From positions 1 through 37,969 of the forward strand of contig CAYGXB010000002.1 in the NCBI GenBank assembly GCA_964353605.1: a DNA stretch of 37,969 nt, read 5' to 3'. Shown here piece by piece: positions 1 to 7,853 of this stretch. The notes below the pieces were generated by a model. It had not been told where the DNA came from. It worked only from the letters and a program-made list of their open reading frames with translations, and made no database searches. This DNA comes from an uncultured Bacteriovoracaceae bacterium. Its GTDB lineage: Bacteria; Desulfobacterota; Desulfomonilia; UBA1062. How positions within the stretch are numbered: the stretch's first letter is position 1; each line of letters starts with the position of its first letter. A program made the position numbers and the translations under genes.

Positions 1-128
1 ACAAGGCAACCGATGATCTGGCTCCTCTGAAGATGCAGAGAGGAGGGGGTATATTAGATTTTCTTTATGCAGGATTACGTAAAGAAGCCGTTCTGGTAAC
101 CGGTTGCTCGGTATGGTACAGGGAGATC

Positions 129-512
129 ATGCATATCACCCGCAGGAAGTTTGAACAGCTCGTGCGTTCGATCACCGCAAATATGCAGCGAGCACTGCCG
201 CCCGAACTGAGGGATAAGACGCAGCGTGTCATTGTTGGAATTGCCGACAGGCCATCCCGCGAACAGTACGGGCAGGTCGAGAACAACGACGATGACCTGC
301 TCGGCCTCTACGAGGGGACCCCGCTGCCGGAGCGCCACATCGACGACCTGTTCATCTTGCCGGACCAGATCACCCTGTTCCGCATGCCGCTCATGGATCT
401 GTGCGCAAACGAAGCGGAACTGCGCGAGGAGATACGTCTCACGCTCATCCATGAGCTTGGTCATTATTTCGGTTTCGAGGAGGCCGACCTCGAGAAGCTC
501 GGCGTCAGATAG
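129..512 (+). CDS. zincin-like metallopeptidase family protein (minimal HExxH protease)
   Basis: ORF 33..512. It has a C-terminal HELGH (HExxH) motif followed by a short FGFEEADL tail, as in ~125-aa zincin-like proteins. The ATG at 129 is preceded by AGGGAG with 3-nt spacing, whereas the ATG at 33 has no SD. Confidence 0.7.
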   Translation: MHITRRKFEQLVRSITANMQRALPPELRDKTQRVIVGIADRPSREQYGQVENNDDDLLGLYEGTPLPERHIDDLFILPDQITLFRMPLMDLCANEAELREEIRLTLIHELGHYFGFEEADLEKLGVR

Positions 513-1822
513 TCCCAGCGTAGCGGCGCGATGGCGACCTCCCCCCTGGTGAGCGTTGCTATCCAAGGCCAGCCTGCCGTCGTGATGTACCATATGTCAC
601 GTTCCGGCAGGTAGATGTACTCGGGCGCATGGGCCTTCAGCTCGGCCACCAGGGTCGGCGCATGGCTTCTGCCCCTGTACATACCGAAGTCGTAGGGGTT
701 GTCTGCGTGGAAGACGAGCGTGTCGTTGTACGAGTTGCGGTCGAGCCAAATTTTGAAGAGCATGAGGATCCCGTTCCAGGCAAACGTGTCGTTGTTGTAC
801 GTGACAGAGAGGTAGTACCGCCCGCGGTAGTGCATCAAGAAGGGGGACTCGGTCGAAGCGAAGGGGGAATTTCGCTCGCTGCCTATCCCCGTATCGAGCG
901 CCGTGCCGATGTACTGCCAGCCCGTGAGGTCGAACGACTGGTAGAGGTCCACCTGCGAGAAGAACCTCCCGCGCGCCGTGGCATAGAGCAGCCACTGTCC
1001 ATCGGTCACCTTGAAGACCATAGCGTCGCGGAAGAATTTATGGTACGGGGCGCGCATCACCGTCTCCTTCTTCTCCCAGTTCATGCCGTCGTGCGAGATC
1101 ATGCGCTCAAGCCTATGCGGCGACCAGAAGATAGAGTAAATTCCCTTGTCCACGACGACATACGGCGCCCAGGCGAGCTCGCCGAAGTCAGCTACCGGCC
1201 TTTCCTCCTGCATCTGGCCCTGCGGAGGGAAGTCTCGGCTCACCCCTACCGCGAACTGCTTCTCGGCGTTGAAATCGCCGTCGCTCTTGCTCGTGATACC
1301 AACGAGACGCCAGGACCCCTGTGCATCCCGGTAGAGGGCGTGGTCGTTGATGTAGGAGCCATATATGCTGGGGCGGAAGATCGGACGCCACGGGCCGGCG
1401 AACTCGGGCGCGCAGATCGGCGATGTACCGCTCCCAGGCACAGCTTTCGCCTCGCCGATCAGGCGTGCGGCCCCTTCCTGCACGGGGTACGCCATAACCC
1501 GATAGAGCCCACCTTCGCCACGGATGATATACGAACCGAACCGCGTTCTGCCGACCTCCTGCCAGACGCCACCATTGCATTGCTTGATACGGTAGCTTTC
1601 ATGATCGGGATCAGCCACCCAGCCAAGGTGCGCCCAGCCAGGCCCTGCTGCAACCTGCACCCCATATGTGCGCTGATATCCCCCGACCTGCACACGGGGT
1701 ATGGAACCATAGAAGTCGGTTTTGAGAGGATGTTCGACATAGACGCGCAGGCCGACCTCAAGGACGAGCCACAGGCCGATCACAATCGCCACGGTCTTCA
1801 GGAAACCGCGCAGGATCTTCAT
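464..1822 (-). CDS. membrane-anchored hypothetical protein, possible GH43/GH32-like five-bladed beta-propeller domain
   Basis: ORF 464..1882. The internal ATG at 1822 is preceded by GAGGAGG (complement of 1828-1834) with 5-nt spacing. There is an N-terminal TM helix (VAIVIGLWLVLEVGL). The motifs WAPYVV, FWSP and STESPFLMHYRGRYYL resemble GH43-type propeller blades. The family assignment is untested. Confidence 0.6.
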   Translation of the reverse strand: MKILRGFLKTVAIVIGLWLVLEVGLRVYVEHPLKTDFYGSIPRVQVGGYQRTYGVQVAAGPGWAHLGWVADPDHESYRIKQCNGGVWQEVGRTRFGSYIIRGEGGLYRVMAYPVQEGAARLIGEAKAVPGSGTSPICAPEFAGPWRPIFRPSIYGSYINDHALYRDAQGSWRLVGITSKSDGDFNAEKQFAVGVSRDFPPQGQMQEERPVADFGELAWAPYVVVDKGIYSIFWSPHRLERMISHDGMNWEKKETVMRAPYHKFFRDAMVFKVTDGQWLLYATARGRFFSQVDLYQSFDLTGWQYIGTALDTGIGSERNSPFASTESPFLMHYRGRYYLSVTYNNDTFAWNGILMLFKIWLDRNSYNDTLVFHADNPYDFGMYRGRSHAPTLVAELKAHAPEYIYLPERDIWYITTAGWPWIATLTRGEVAIAPLRWDYLTPSFSRSASSKPK

Positions 1823-1932
1823 CGCTTCCTCCTCTTTCGGCAAAGGGTATGCGATAGTGGTAAGAGTACGTATTTTCTCCACACGCTGTCAACAGACAGG
1901 CTCGATACGTTTATCCTAAAAGCTTTTTTCAT

Positions 1933-2045
1933 ATTCCCCCCTGAAGATTTAGGGGGATCGGAGGGTATGCCTCAGGCCATCCCTGGCCTTCACCCTGCGG
2001 GCGTGCCTTCGGCACGTCCAATTTTGCTTTCCTGAAATTTGTGAT
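1933..2045. repeat. structured intergenic element, copy 1 (partner at 13928-14046)
   Basis: It aligns block by block with 13928-14046. The shared blocks are ATTC+C-run, G-run+AT, CATCCCTGRCCKTCRCC, and a CGTGCC/GGCACG hairpin followed by TCCAATTTT..TCCTG.AAA.TTGTGA. Confidence 0.6.
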
Positions 2046-2068
2046 CTAAATTAAATTGCGATTTGTTA

Positions 2069-2650
2069 TTACTCCGCGATGAGCTTTCTCCCGAGCTCCT
2101 CTGCCGCCGCTATGAGGGTTTTGTTGGTCTTGATTTCTCCAGCCTCCAGGGCGCTGCCGTAGACTATGCCGACAATCTCCGCTCCCACGTATCCATAGGC
2201 ATCCTGAAAGGTGCGCAGTGCATTCACGCACCCTGAATCGAAGGGGTCTTCGCCGCCATAGCTCATGGCGATGGCGATTCGCTTGCCTTGAAAGGGGTTC
2301 TTGGCATAGGCGGGGAGGGCAAACGTGCGGTCCATCCAGAGCTTGGTCTGGGCGGACATGGTAAACCAGAAAACGGGGCTGGCGATAACCCATGCGTCGG
2401 CCGCCACAAGCTTCCTGAAGAGAGGCTGCATGTCGTCGTCGATCGCGCAGCCCTTGCTGCCCTTTTTCTGGCAGGCATAGCAGGACTTGCAGGGGGCGAT
2501 CCGTAGGGTCTGAACAAGGACAGTCTCCACCTGAGCCCCTTTAGATCTAGCCCCTTTGGCGATCTTTTCCGCCAGCAGGGCGCTGTTACCATGCTTCCTC
2601 GGACTGCCCAAGAGAACAAGAACCTTTTTCCTCTGTTTCGTTTTCGCCAT
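2069..2650 (-). CDS. iron-sulfur flavoprotein / flavodoxin-like NADPH-dependent FMN reductase family protein
   Basis: ORF 2069..2668. The ATG at 2650 is preceded by GGAGGTG. The N-terminus KKVLVLLGSPRKHGNS is typical of flavodoxin-like FMN reductases. The compact cysteine motif CKSCYACQKKGSKGC (C-x2-C-x2-C-x7-C) matches the Isf family 4Fe-4S site. Confidence 0.75.
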   Translation of the reverse strand: MAKTKQRKKVLVLLGSPRKHGNSALLAEKIAKGARSKGAQVETVLVQTLRIAPCKSCYACQKKGSKGCAIDDDMQPLFRKLVAADAWVIASPVFWFTMSAQTKLWMDRTFALPAYAKNPFQGKRIAIAMSYGGEDPFDSGCVNALRTFQDAYGYVGAEIVGIVYGSALEAGEIKTNKTLIAAAEELGRKLIAE

Positions 2651-2674
2651 GGATGCACCTCCTTTCATCTTTAT

Positions 2675-3133
2675 CTATGCGCCTGTACCAAAGGAGAGGA
2701 TGTAGTATGTGTAGGACGAAGTGGATAAGACTTTTCCCGACCCGTCCGTGACGGACATGTCGAGCACCCACTCGCCCTTGCCCTTGTCGACAATGGGTAC
2801 GGTCATCGCCACCGCCTGCTCCTTATTTGAAGGTGAACTCACAGGCGATATTCGAAGACGCCGGTTTGAGAAAACGGCTGCGCATGGCCTTGTTCCTGGG
2901 GGTGAATCTTTCGGTCCTGTAGGTGGTGAAGAACAGGGCCGCCCCGACGACCTCCCTGAGTATGAAATAGATCCCGGCGTACACCACACCATGCCCACGT
3001 GGTCCATATGCTGGGGCTTGGCCGATACTGAAAGCCATACGAGGCGTTTCTTGAAGAGATCGATCCTGAAATCACTCATCTTGACCCGGGGGATGGTACC
3101 GGGGAGTGCGGTCTTGAGTTCCTCAATATCCAT
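2675..3133 (-). CDS. hypothetical protein; the ORF as tracked is probably a frame-disrupted gene plus a small downstream ORF
   Basis: The ATG at 3133 has a strong SD (GAAGGAGG, 6-nt spacing). G/C-rich third positions support this frame only for 3133 to ~2995 and for ~2812 to 2675. The middle part is better explained by the overlapping frame of ORF 2823..3038 (see finding). Confidence 0.45.
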   Translation of the reverse strand: MDIEELKTALPGTIPRVKMSDFRIDLFKKRLVWLSVSAKPQHMDHVGMVWCTPGSISYSGRSSGRPCSSPPTGPKDSPPGTRPCAAVFSNRRLRISPVSSPSNKEQAVAMTVPIVDKGKGEWVLDMSVTDGSGKVLSTSSYTYYILSFGTGA

Positions 3134-3444
3134 CGATTACCTCCTTCACTAGTATTCCACGTGAGAAGCAAAGCCGAAGATGACAAACAATAGCACAATC
3201 CCTCCCTTTTTGTAACGATCAAGTAGGTAATGCTGTTTGGCATTATTTTCGGGGAAGGGGTGCATTATCATCGAGCTCTTTTCAATGGGGAGATACTTCA
3301 CTGCCTTCAGGATGACGATCTCCTCTTTCTTCCAATTGACGATTCGGACGGCTGGCCCTCTTCCCCTGGAGGGGGGAAGAGGGGTGGGAGATAGGGGTGA
3401 GCCTTTCCAGGGGACTTGATTTGGTGCTGTTTTGCGTGTAAGGG

Positions 3445-4326
3445 ATGCGTATGGAACTCGATCTTGACTGGCTGCTTGACCGCTATCGTATGCATCTCCT
3501 CGACCAGAAAGGGCTCTCCCGCGAAACCTATCGGGCCTACAACAATGACATCGAGGATATGATCGTCTTCCTGCGCGCCAGAGATTCGCTCGACAAGCAT
3601 GCGGTGCGTTCGTATCTTCTCCATCTTCACAACCACTATGCGCGCAGCACCATTAACCGCAAGCTCAGTGCGATCAAAGGTTTCTTCGATTTTGTCCTAA
3701 AGGAGGGGGGAGTGGTCAAGACGAACCCGTTTGCCCACGTGCGCTCGCTCAAGCGCCAGGAGGACCTGCCTAGGTTCTTGACTCCGGATGAGGTGATCGA
3801 CCTCATCGATGCCACGCAGAGCGTAAGGGATCATGCCATCTTGGAGCTCCTCTACTCCTCGGGAATACGGGTGGGGGAGGTCGAGGCCATGCACTGCGCG
3901 GATGTGGACAGGACCAGCGGTTTTATACGGGTACTGGGCAAGGGATCGAAGCAGCGCATGGTGCCGGTGGGCCGGCATGCGCTTGCCGCTATCGATGCCT
4001 ACCTCAAGATGCGGGGGATAGCCGATCCGATCTACTCGAGCGCGCCGCTCTTCCTGAACAAGAACGGAACGCGGCTCTCGGCGCGGAGTATCCGGCGCAT
4101 CGTGTATAAGTGGTCGCAGTATGTGGCCATTACCCGCCACATCAGTCCACATGTGATCAGGCACAGCTTCGCTACGCACCTGCTCGATGCCGGGGCTGAT
4201 TTGCGCTCGATCCAGGAGATGCTGGGGCATGCAAGTCTGTCGACGACCCAGCGCTATACGCATCTGACGGTGGACAGGCTCATGGAGGTCTATGACAAGG
4301 CGCACCCGAAAGCGAAGGAGGGATGA
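3445..4326 (+). CDS. xerC: tyrosine recombinase XerC/XerD family
   Basis: 293 aa. It has an N-terminal SAM-like core-binding domain and the catalytic signature ...[33 protein letters not shown]. Its stop overlaps the hslV start (ATGA). The alternative ATG at 3451 has better SD spacing. The choice of xerC over xerD is by context only. Confidence 0.85.
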   Translation: MRMELDLDWLLDRYRMHLLDQKGLSRETYRAYNNDIEDMIVFLRARDSLDKHAVRSYLLHLHNHYARSTINRKLSAIKGFFDFVLKEGGVVKTNPFAHVRSLKRQEDLPRFLTPDEVIDLIDATQSVRDHAILELLYSSGIRVGEVEAMHCADVDRTSGFIRVLGKGSKQRMVPVGRHALAAIDAYLKMRGIADPIYSSAPLFLNKNGTRLSARSIRRIVYKWSQYVAITRHISPHVIRHSFATHLLDAGADLRSIQEMLGHASLSTTQRYTHLTVDRLMEVYDKAHPKAKEG

Positions 4327-4859
4327 TGGAGATCAGGGGAACGACGATACTCTGTGTACGGAAGGGAACGAACGTGGTCCTGGCGGGCGACGGGCAGGTC
4401 ACGTTGAAGGATGCCGTGATCAAGGCCCATGCGCGCAAGGTGCGCAAGCTCCATGAGGACTTGGTGCTAGCCGGGTTTGCGGGTTCAACCTCGGATGCCT
4501 TCACCCTCTTCGAGCGTTTCGAGGCCAAGCTCAAGGAATATCGGGGCAATCTCACGCGCGCGGCGGTGGAGATGGGCAAGGACTGGCGGACGGACAGGGT
4601 TTTGCGGAGGCTGGAAGCCCTGATGATCGTGGCGGACAAGGATAAGACTTATGTGCTTTCCGGCACTGGGGATGTGGTCGAGCCGGACCATGAGGTATGC
4701 GGCATCGGTTCGGGCGGCAACTTCGCGGTCGCCGCGGCGCTCGCCCTGATCCGGGACACCGACCTCTCCGCCCACCAGATCGCGGAAAAGGCTATGGATA
4801 TCGCCTCCGATATATGCGTATACACCAACAAGCACATTACGTTTGAGGAACTTGCATGA
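4323..4859 (+). CDS. hslV: ATP-dependent protease subunit HslV
   Basis: 178 aa. The N-terminal GTTILCV sequence carries the active-site Thr. The sequence is proteasome beta-like. There are ATGA overlaps with xerC upstream and hslU downstream. Confidence 0.95.
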   Translation: MMEIRGTTILCVRKGTNVVLAGDGQVTLKDAVIKAHARKVRKLHEDLVLAGFAGSTSDAFTLFERFEAKLKEYRGNLTRAAVEMGKDWRTDRVLRRLEALMIVADKDKTYVLSGTGDVVEPDHEVCGIGSGGNFAVAAALALIRDTDLSAHQIAEKAMDIASDICVYTNKHITFEELA

Positions 4860-6169
4860 AGGATCTCACGCCGAGAGAGATCGTGGCCGAGCTGGATAAG
4901 TACATCATCGGCCAGGACAAAGCCAAGCGCGCGGTAGCCATAGCGCTGCGGAACCGGTGGCGACGCCAGCGTGCCGCGGTCGACATCCGGGAAGACATCT
5001 ATCCCAAGAACATCATCCTCATCGGCCCTACGGGTGTGGGCAAGACGGAGATCGCCCGCCGCCTATCGAAGCTGGCGGGCGCCCCGTTCATCAAGGTCGA
5101 GGCATCGAAGTACACCGAGGTCGGCTATGTCGGGAGGGATGTGGAGTCCATCATCCGCGATCTCATGCGCCTTGGGATCCAGATGGTGCAGAAGGAGGAG
5201 AGCGAACGGGTCAAGCAGAAGGCTTCCGAGATCGCCAAAGAGCGGTTGCTCGATCATCTCCTGCCCCTGGACAAGGATACGCAGGAGTCCCGCAGCGAGA
5301 CACGGGAGAAGTTCAGGGTCATGCTGGATGAGGGGCTCTTAGACGAGCGAATCATCGAGGTCGATGTGCACGAGGCCGCCGTGCCCGCCATCGAGATCTT
5401 TACCGGGCAGGGTATCGAGGAGATGGGCATCGATTTCAAGGAGATGTTCTCGAACATCATGCCCCGTCGGTCGCGCCGCCGGAAGATGAAGGTCAAGGAC
5501 GCCAAGGAGTTCCTCCTCCAAGAGGAGGTATCTCGACTCATCGACATGGAGAAGGTGACCCAGGATGCGAGAGCGCGGGTGGAGAACGCCGGGATCGTGT
5601 TCGTCGACGAGCTCGACAAGATCGCGGGCCGGGAATCGGGCCATGGGCCGGATGTATCGCGCGAGGGGGTGCAGCGGGATCTTTTGCCCATTGTGGAAGG
5701 GACGACCGTCAATACGAAGTATGGGCCGGTGAAGACGGATCATATCCTCTTCATCGGGAGCGGGGCCTTCCACGTGAGCAAGCCCTCCGACCTCATACCG
5801 GAGATGCAGGGGCGGTTCCCCATCAGGGAGGAGCTGAACCCGCTCAGCGGGGGCGATTTCGTGCGTATCCTCACCGAACCGAAGAACGCGCTGATCAAGC
5901 AGTATGCGGCGCTGCTCGCCACCGAAGGGGTGGACTTGAGATTCAGCGAGGATGCCATCGTCGAGATCGCCAAGATCGCGCAGTACATCAATGACCATAC
6001 GGAGAACATCGGCGCACGCAGGCTTCATACGGTCATGGAAAAGCTCCTGGAGGACATCTCCTTTGCCGCCCCGGACATACGGGGGCAGATCCTGATCGAT
6101 GCCAGGTACGTGCAGGACAAGCTGCATCCCATCGTACAGAAGGAAGACTTGAGCAGGTACATATTGTGA
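4856..6169 (+). CDS. hslU: ATP-dependent protease ATPase subunit HslU
   Basis: 437 aa. It has Walker A GPTGVGKT, Walker [10 protein letters not shown], an I-domain insertion and the C-terminal DLSRYIL. Confidence 0.95.
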   Translation: MKDLTPREIVAELDKYIIGQDKAKRAVAIALRNRWRRQRAAVDIREDIYPKNIILIGPTGVGKTEIARRLSKLAGAPFIKVEASKYTEVGYVGRDVESIIRDLMRLGIQMVQKEESERVKQKASEIAKERLLDHLLPLDKDTQESRSETREKFRVMLDEGLLDERIIEVDVHEAAVPAIEIFTGQGIEEMGIDFKEMFSNIMPRRSRRRKMKVKDAKEFLLQEEVSRLIDMEKVTQDARARVENAGIVFVDELDKIAGRESGHGPDVSREGVQRDLLPIVEGTTVNTKYGPVKTDHILFIGSGAFHVSKPSDLIPEMQGRFPIREELNPLSGGDFVRILTEPKNALIKQYAALLATEGVDLRFSEDAIVEIAKIAQYINDHTENIGARRLHTVMEKLLEDISFAAPDIRGQILIDARYVQDKLHPIVQKEDLSRYIL

Positions 6170-7146
6170 TACCGAAGGGCAGGTTTATCTCAGAGTTGGG
6201 GGACGGGGACAAGGTGAAAGCGGTCTTCATGGTCTCCGAGCGGAGGCTCCTGACCGCCCGCAACGGCAAGCCCTATGCCAAGCTCATGCTCCGGGACAAG
6301 ACCGGGGAGATTCTGGGCTTCATCTGGGAGGATGCAAACGAGCAGATGGGCGGGATCGAGCCTGGTAACGTGATCGGGGTGCGGGGGAGCGCCGAGTCGT
6401 ACGAGAATAGGATGCAGGTGCGCATCGAGAAGATCGTGCGGCTGAACGAATCGGAGGTGGACATGGCGACCCTGATCCCCACGACGAAAGGCAACCGGGA
6501 GGCTCTGCAGGAATGTCTGGAAAAGATGCTTGGTACGATCCAGGATTCCTTTCTCACGCGGCTCATCCAGGGGATCATGGCACGGGAGGGTTTCCGGGAC
6601 GCCTTCAGCCGGGCACCGGCCGCCAAGGGGATACACCACAACTATATCGGGGGGCTCCTTGAGCATACCGTAAACATGCTCAAGGCCGTGGACGCGCTCT
6701 ATCCGGTATTCTCTAGTTTTGGCTTGCACCGGGATCTCCTCATCGCCGGGGCGTTTCTCCATGATATCGGCAAGATCTACGAGTATGCGTATACGAAGAT
6801 GATCGACATGACGCCCCCTGGCAGGCTCTTGGGGCATGTCTACATATCGGCCCAGCTCGTCGATCAGGAGATTTTAAAAATAGCTGGTTTCCCAGAAGAG
6901 CTGCGCATGCAGCTTGTCCATATGATCCTGAGCCATCACGGGGAGCTGGAATACGGATCGCCCAAGGTGCCGATGACGAAGGAGGCCATGTTCCTCCACA
7001 TGATCGATGATCTGGATGCAAAGATGGCAGGCTTTTCATCCATCATCGAGGCCACCCCTGATAGTGAGCTATTCAGTGCCTTCTCAGGGATATACAACCG
7101 CTACCTGTATACCAGGATATACGAGACAACCAGCGAAGACGATTAG
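6166..7146 (+). CDS. OB-fold plus HD-domain phosphohydrolase, YhaM-like 3'-5' exoribonuclease family
   Basis: 326 aa. The GTG start overlaps the hslU stop (GTGA). The N-terminal OB-fold pattern is [26 protein letters not shown]-domain motifs are [12 protein letters not shown] and FLHDIGK. Confidence 0.8.
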   Translation: MIPKGRFISELGDGDKVKAVFMVSERRLLTARNGKPYAKLMLRDKTGEILGFIWEDANEQMGGIEPGNVIGVRGSAESYENRMQVRIEKIVRLNESEVDMATLIPTTKGNREALQECLEKMLGTIQDSFLTRLIQGIMAREGFRDAFSRAPAAKGIHHNYIGGLLEHTVNMLKAVDALYPVFSSFGLHRDLLIAGAFLHDIGKIYEYAYTKMIDMTPPGRLLGHVYISAQLVDQEILKIAGFPEELRMQLVHMILSHHGELEYGSPKVPMTKEAMFLHMIDDLDAKMAGFSSIIEATPDSELFSAFSGIYNRYLYTRIYETTSEDD

Positions 7147-7199
7147 CTCTTTTACCGCGCCCTTGTCATGGTCCACTGCTCGCTGACGGAATCCTATAG

Positions 7200-7248
7200 A
7201 AAAAAACTGGCTCGGCCCTGCTCTTGGATTACGTCGGCCAAGCCAGTT
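7200..7248 (-). terminator. Rho-independent terminator of the pyrG to hpf operon
   Basis: On the minus strand, AACTGGCTTGGCC (7248-7236) pairs with GGCCGAGCCAGTT (7217-7205) as 8+4 bp with one mismatch. A run of 7 T (complement of the A-run 7200-7206) follows. It lies 72 nt downstream of the hpf stop. Confidence 0.75.
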
Positions 7249-7319
7249 CCATCAGCATGTTCTCTTCGTCTTGGCCGAAGCATTGACGACGCAATCCGGC
7301 CACAAGCAATCGCCCATCT

Positions 7320-7838
7320 TCACAGCACCGGTTCAACCACCCCCAGATCGCCATCATGCCTCTTAAAGATGAGATTTATCTGCTGGGAGTCCGTGTTCTG
7401 GAAGATGATGAACTCTTTCCCCGAAATGCCGATCTGGAGGACGGCCTCCTCCACGCTCATAGGTTTGACAAAATAATCTCTTTCGCGTATCAGCTTAGGC
7501 TGCCGGTCCTCGGACACGGGTGGAGTTTCCAGGTAGACACGGTTCGGTCCCTTTCGCTCCTGGAGCTTGCCTTTATGCTTCTTTACCTGCCGTTCCAATT
7601 TGTCCATCACCATATCTATCGCAGAGTACAGGTCCTCGGTTATTTCGACTGCATTTATTATCACCCCGTCTGCATTGAGCGTGACTTCTGCCTTGTGCCG
7701 TATCTTCTCGACGGAAAGGACAACTTGCGCCTCGGTGGGACGGTCTATATATTTACCGATCTTCGATAGTCTCTTGGTCGCGTATTGTTTCAATGCCTCC
7801 GACGGATCCATATTCTTGAAGGTGATATCTATATGCAT
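7320..7838 (-). CDS. hpf: ribosome hibernation promoting factor (long HPF, sigma-54 modulation protein family)
   Basis: 172 aa. The N-terminus MHIDITFKNMDPSEALKQYATKRLSKI is typical of RaiA/HPF. A C-terminal dimerisation extension is present. It lies immediately downstream of rpoN. Confidence 0.9.
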   Translation of the reverse strand: MHIDITFKNMDPSEALKQYATKRLSKIGKYIDRPTEAQVVLSVEKIRHKAEVTLNADGVIINAVEITEDLYSAIDMVMDKLERQVKKHKGKLQERKGPNRVYLETPPVSEDRQPKLIRERDYFVKPMSVEEAVLQIGISGKEFIIFQNTDSQQINLIFKRHDGDLGVVEPVL

Positions 7839-7853
7839 ACTTCCTCCTACGAA

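Noticed and set aside
629-2035. A 468-aa ORF on the + strand, as long as the gene it overlaps.
   Set aside because: It is entirely antisense to the better-supported 464-1822 gene, which has an SD, a TM helix and recognisable motifs. Its translation is R/V/H/E/G/P-rich low-information sequence of the shadow-ORF type common in GC3-biased DNA. It has no SD at its start.
3237-3419. A 60-aa + strand ORF in the spacer upstream of xerC.
   Set aside because: It has a non-ATG start, no SD and an implausible composition. It runs through the 3356-3383 hairpin.
3445-4326. The tyrosine recombinase as the integrase of a mobile element or island.
   Set aside because: It is translationally coupled to hslVU (ATGA overlap). 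No tRNA, att-like direct repeats, excisionase or phage genes flank it. Its sequence pattern is that of housekeeping XerC/XerD. I also looked for a dif-like 28-mer nearby and found none.
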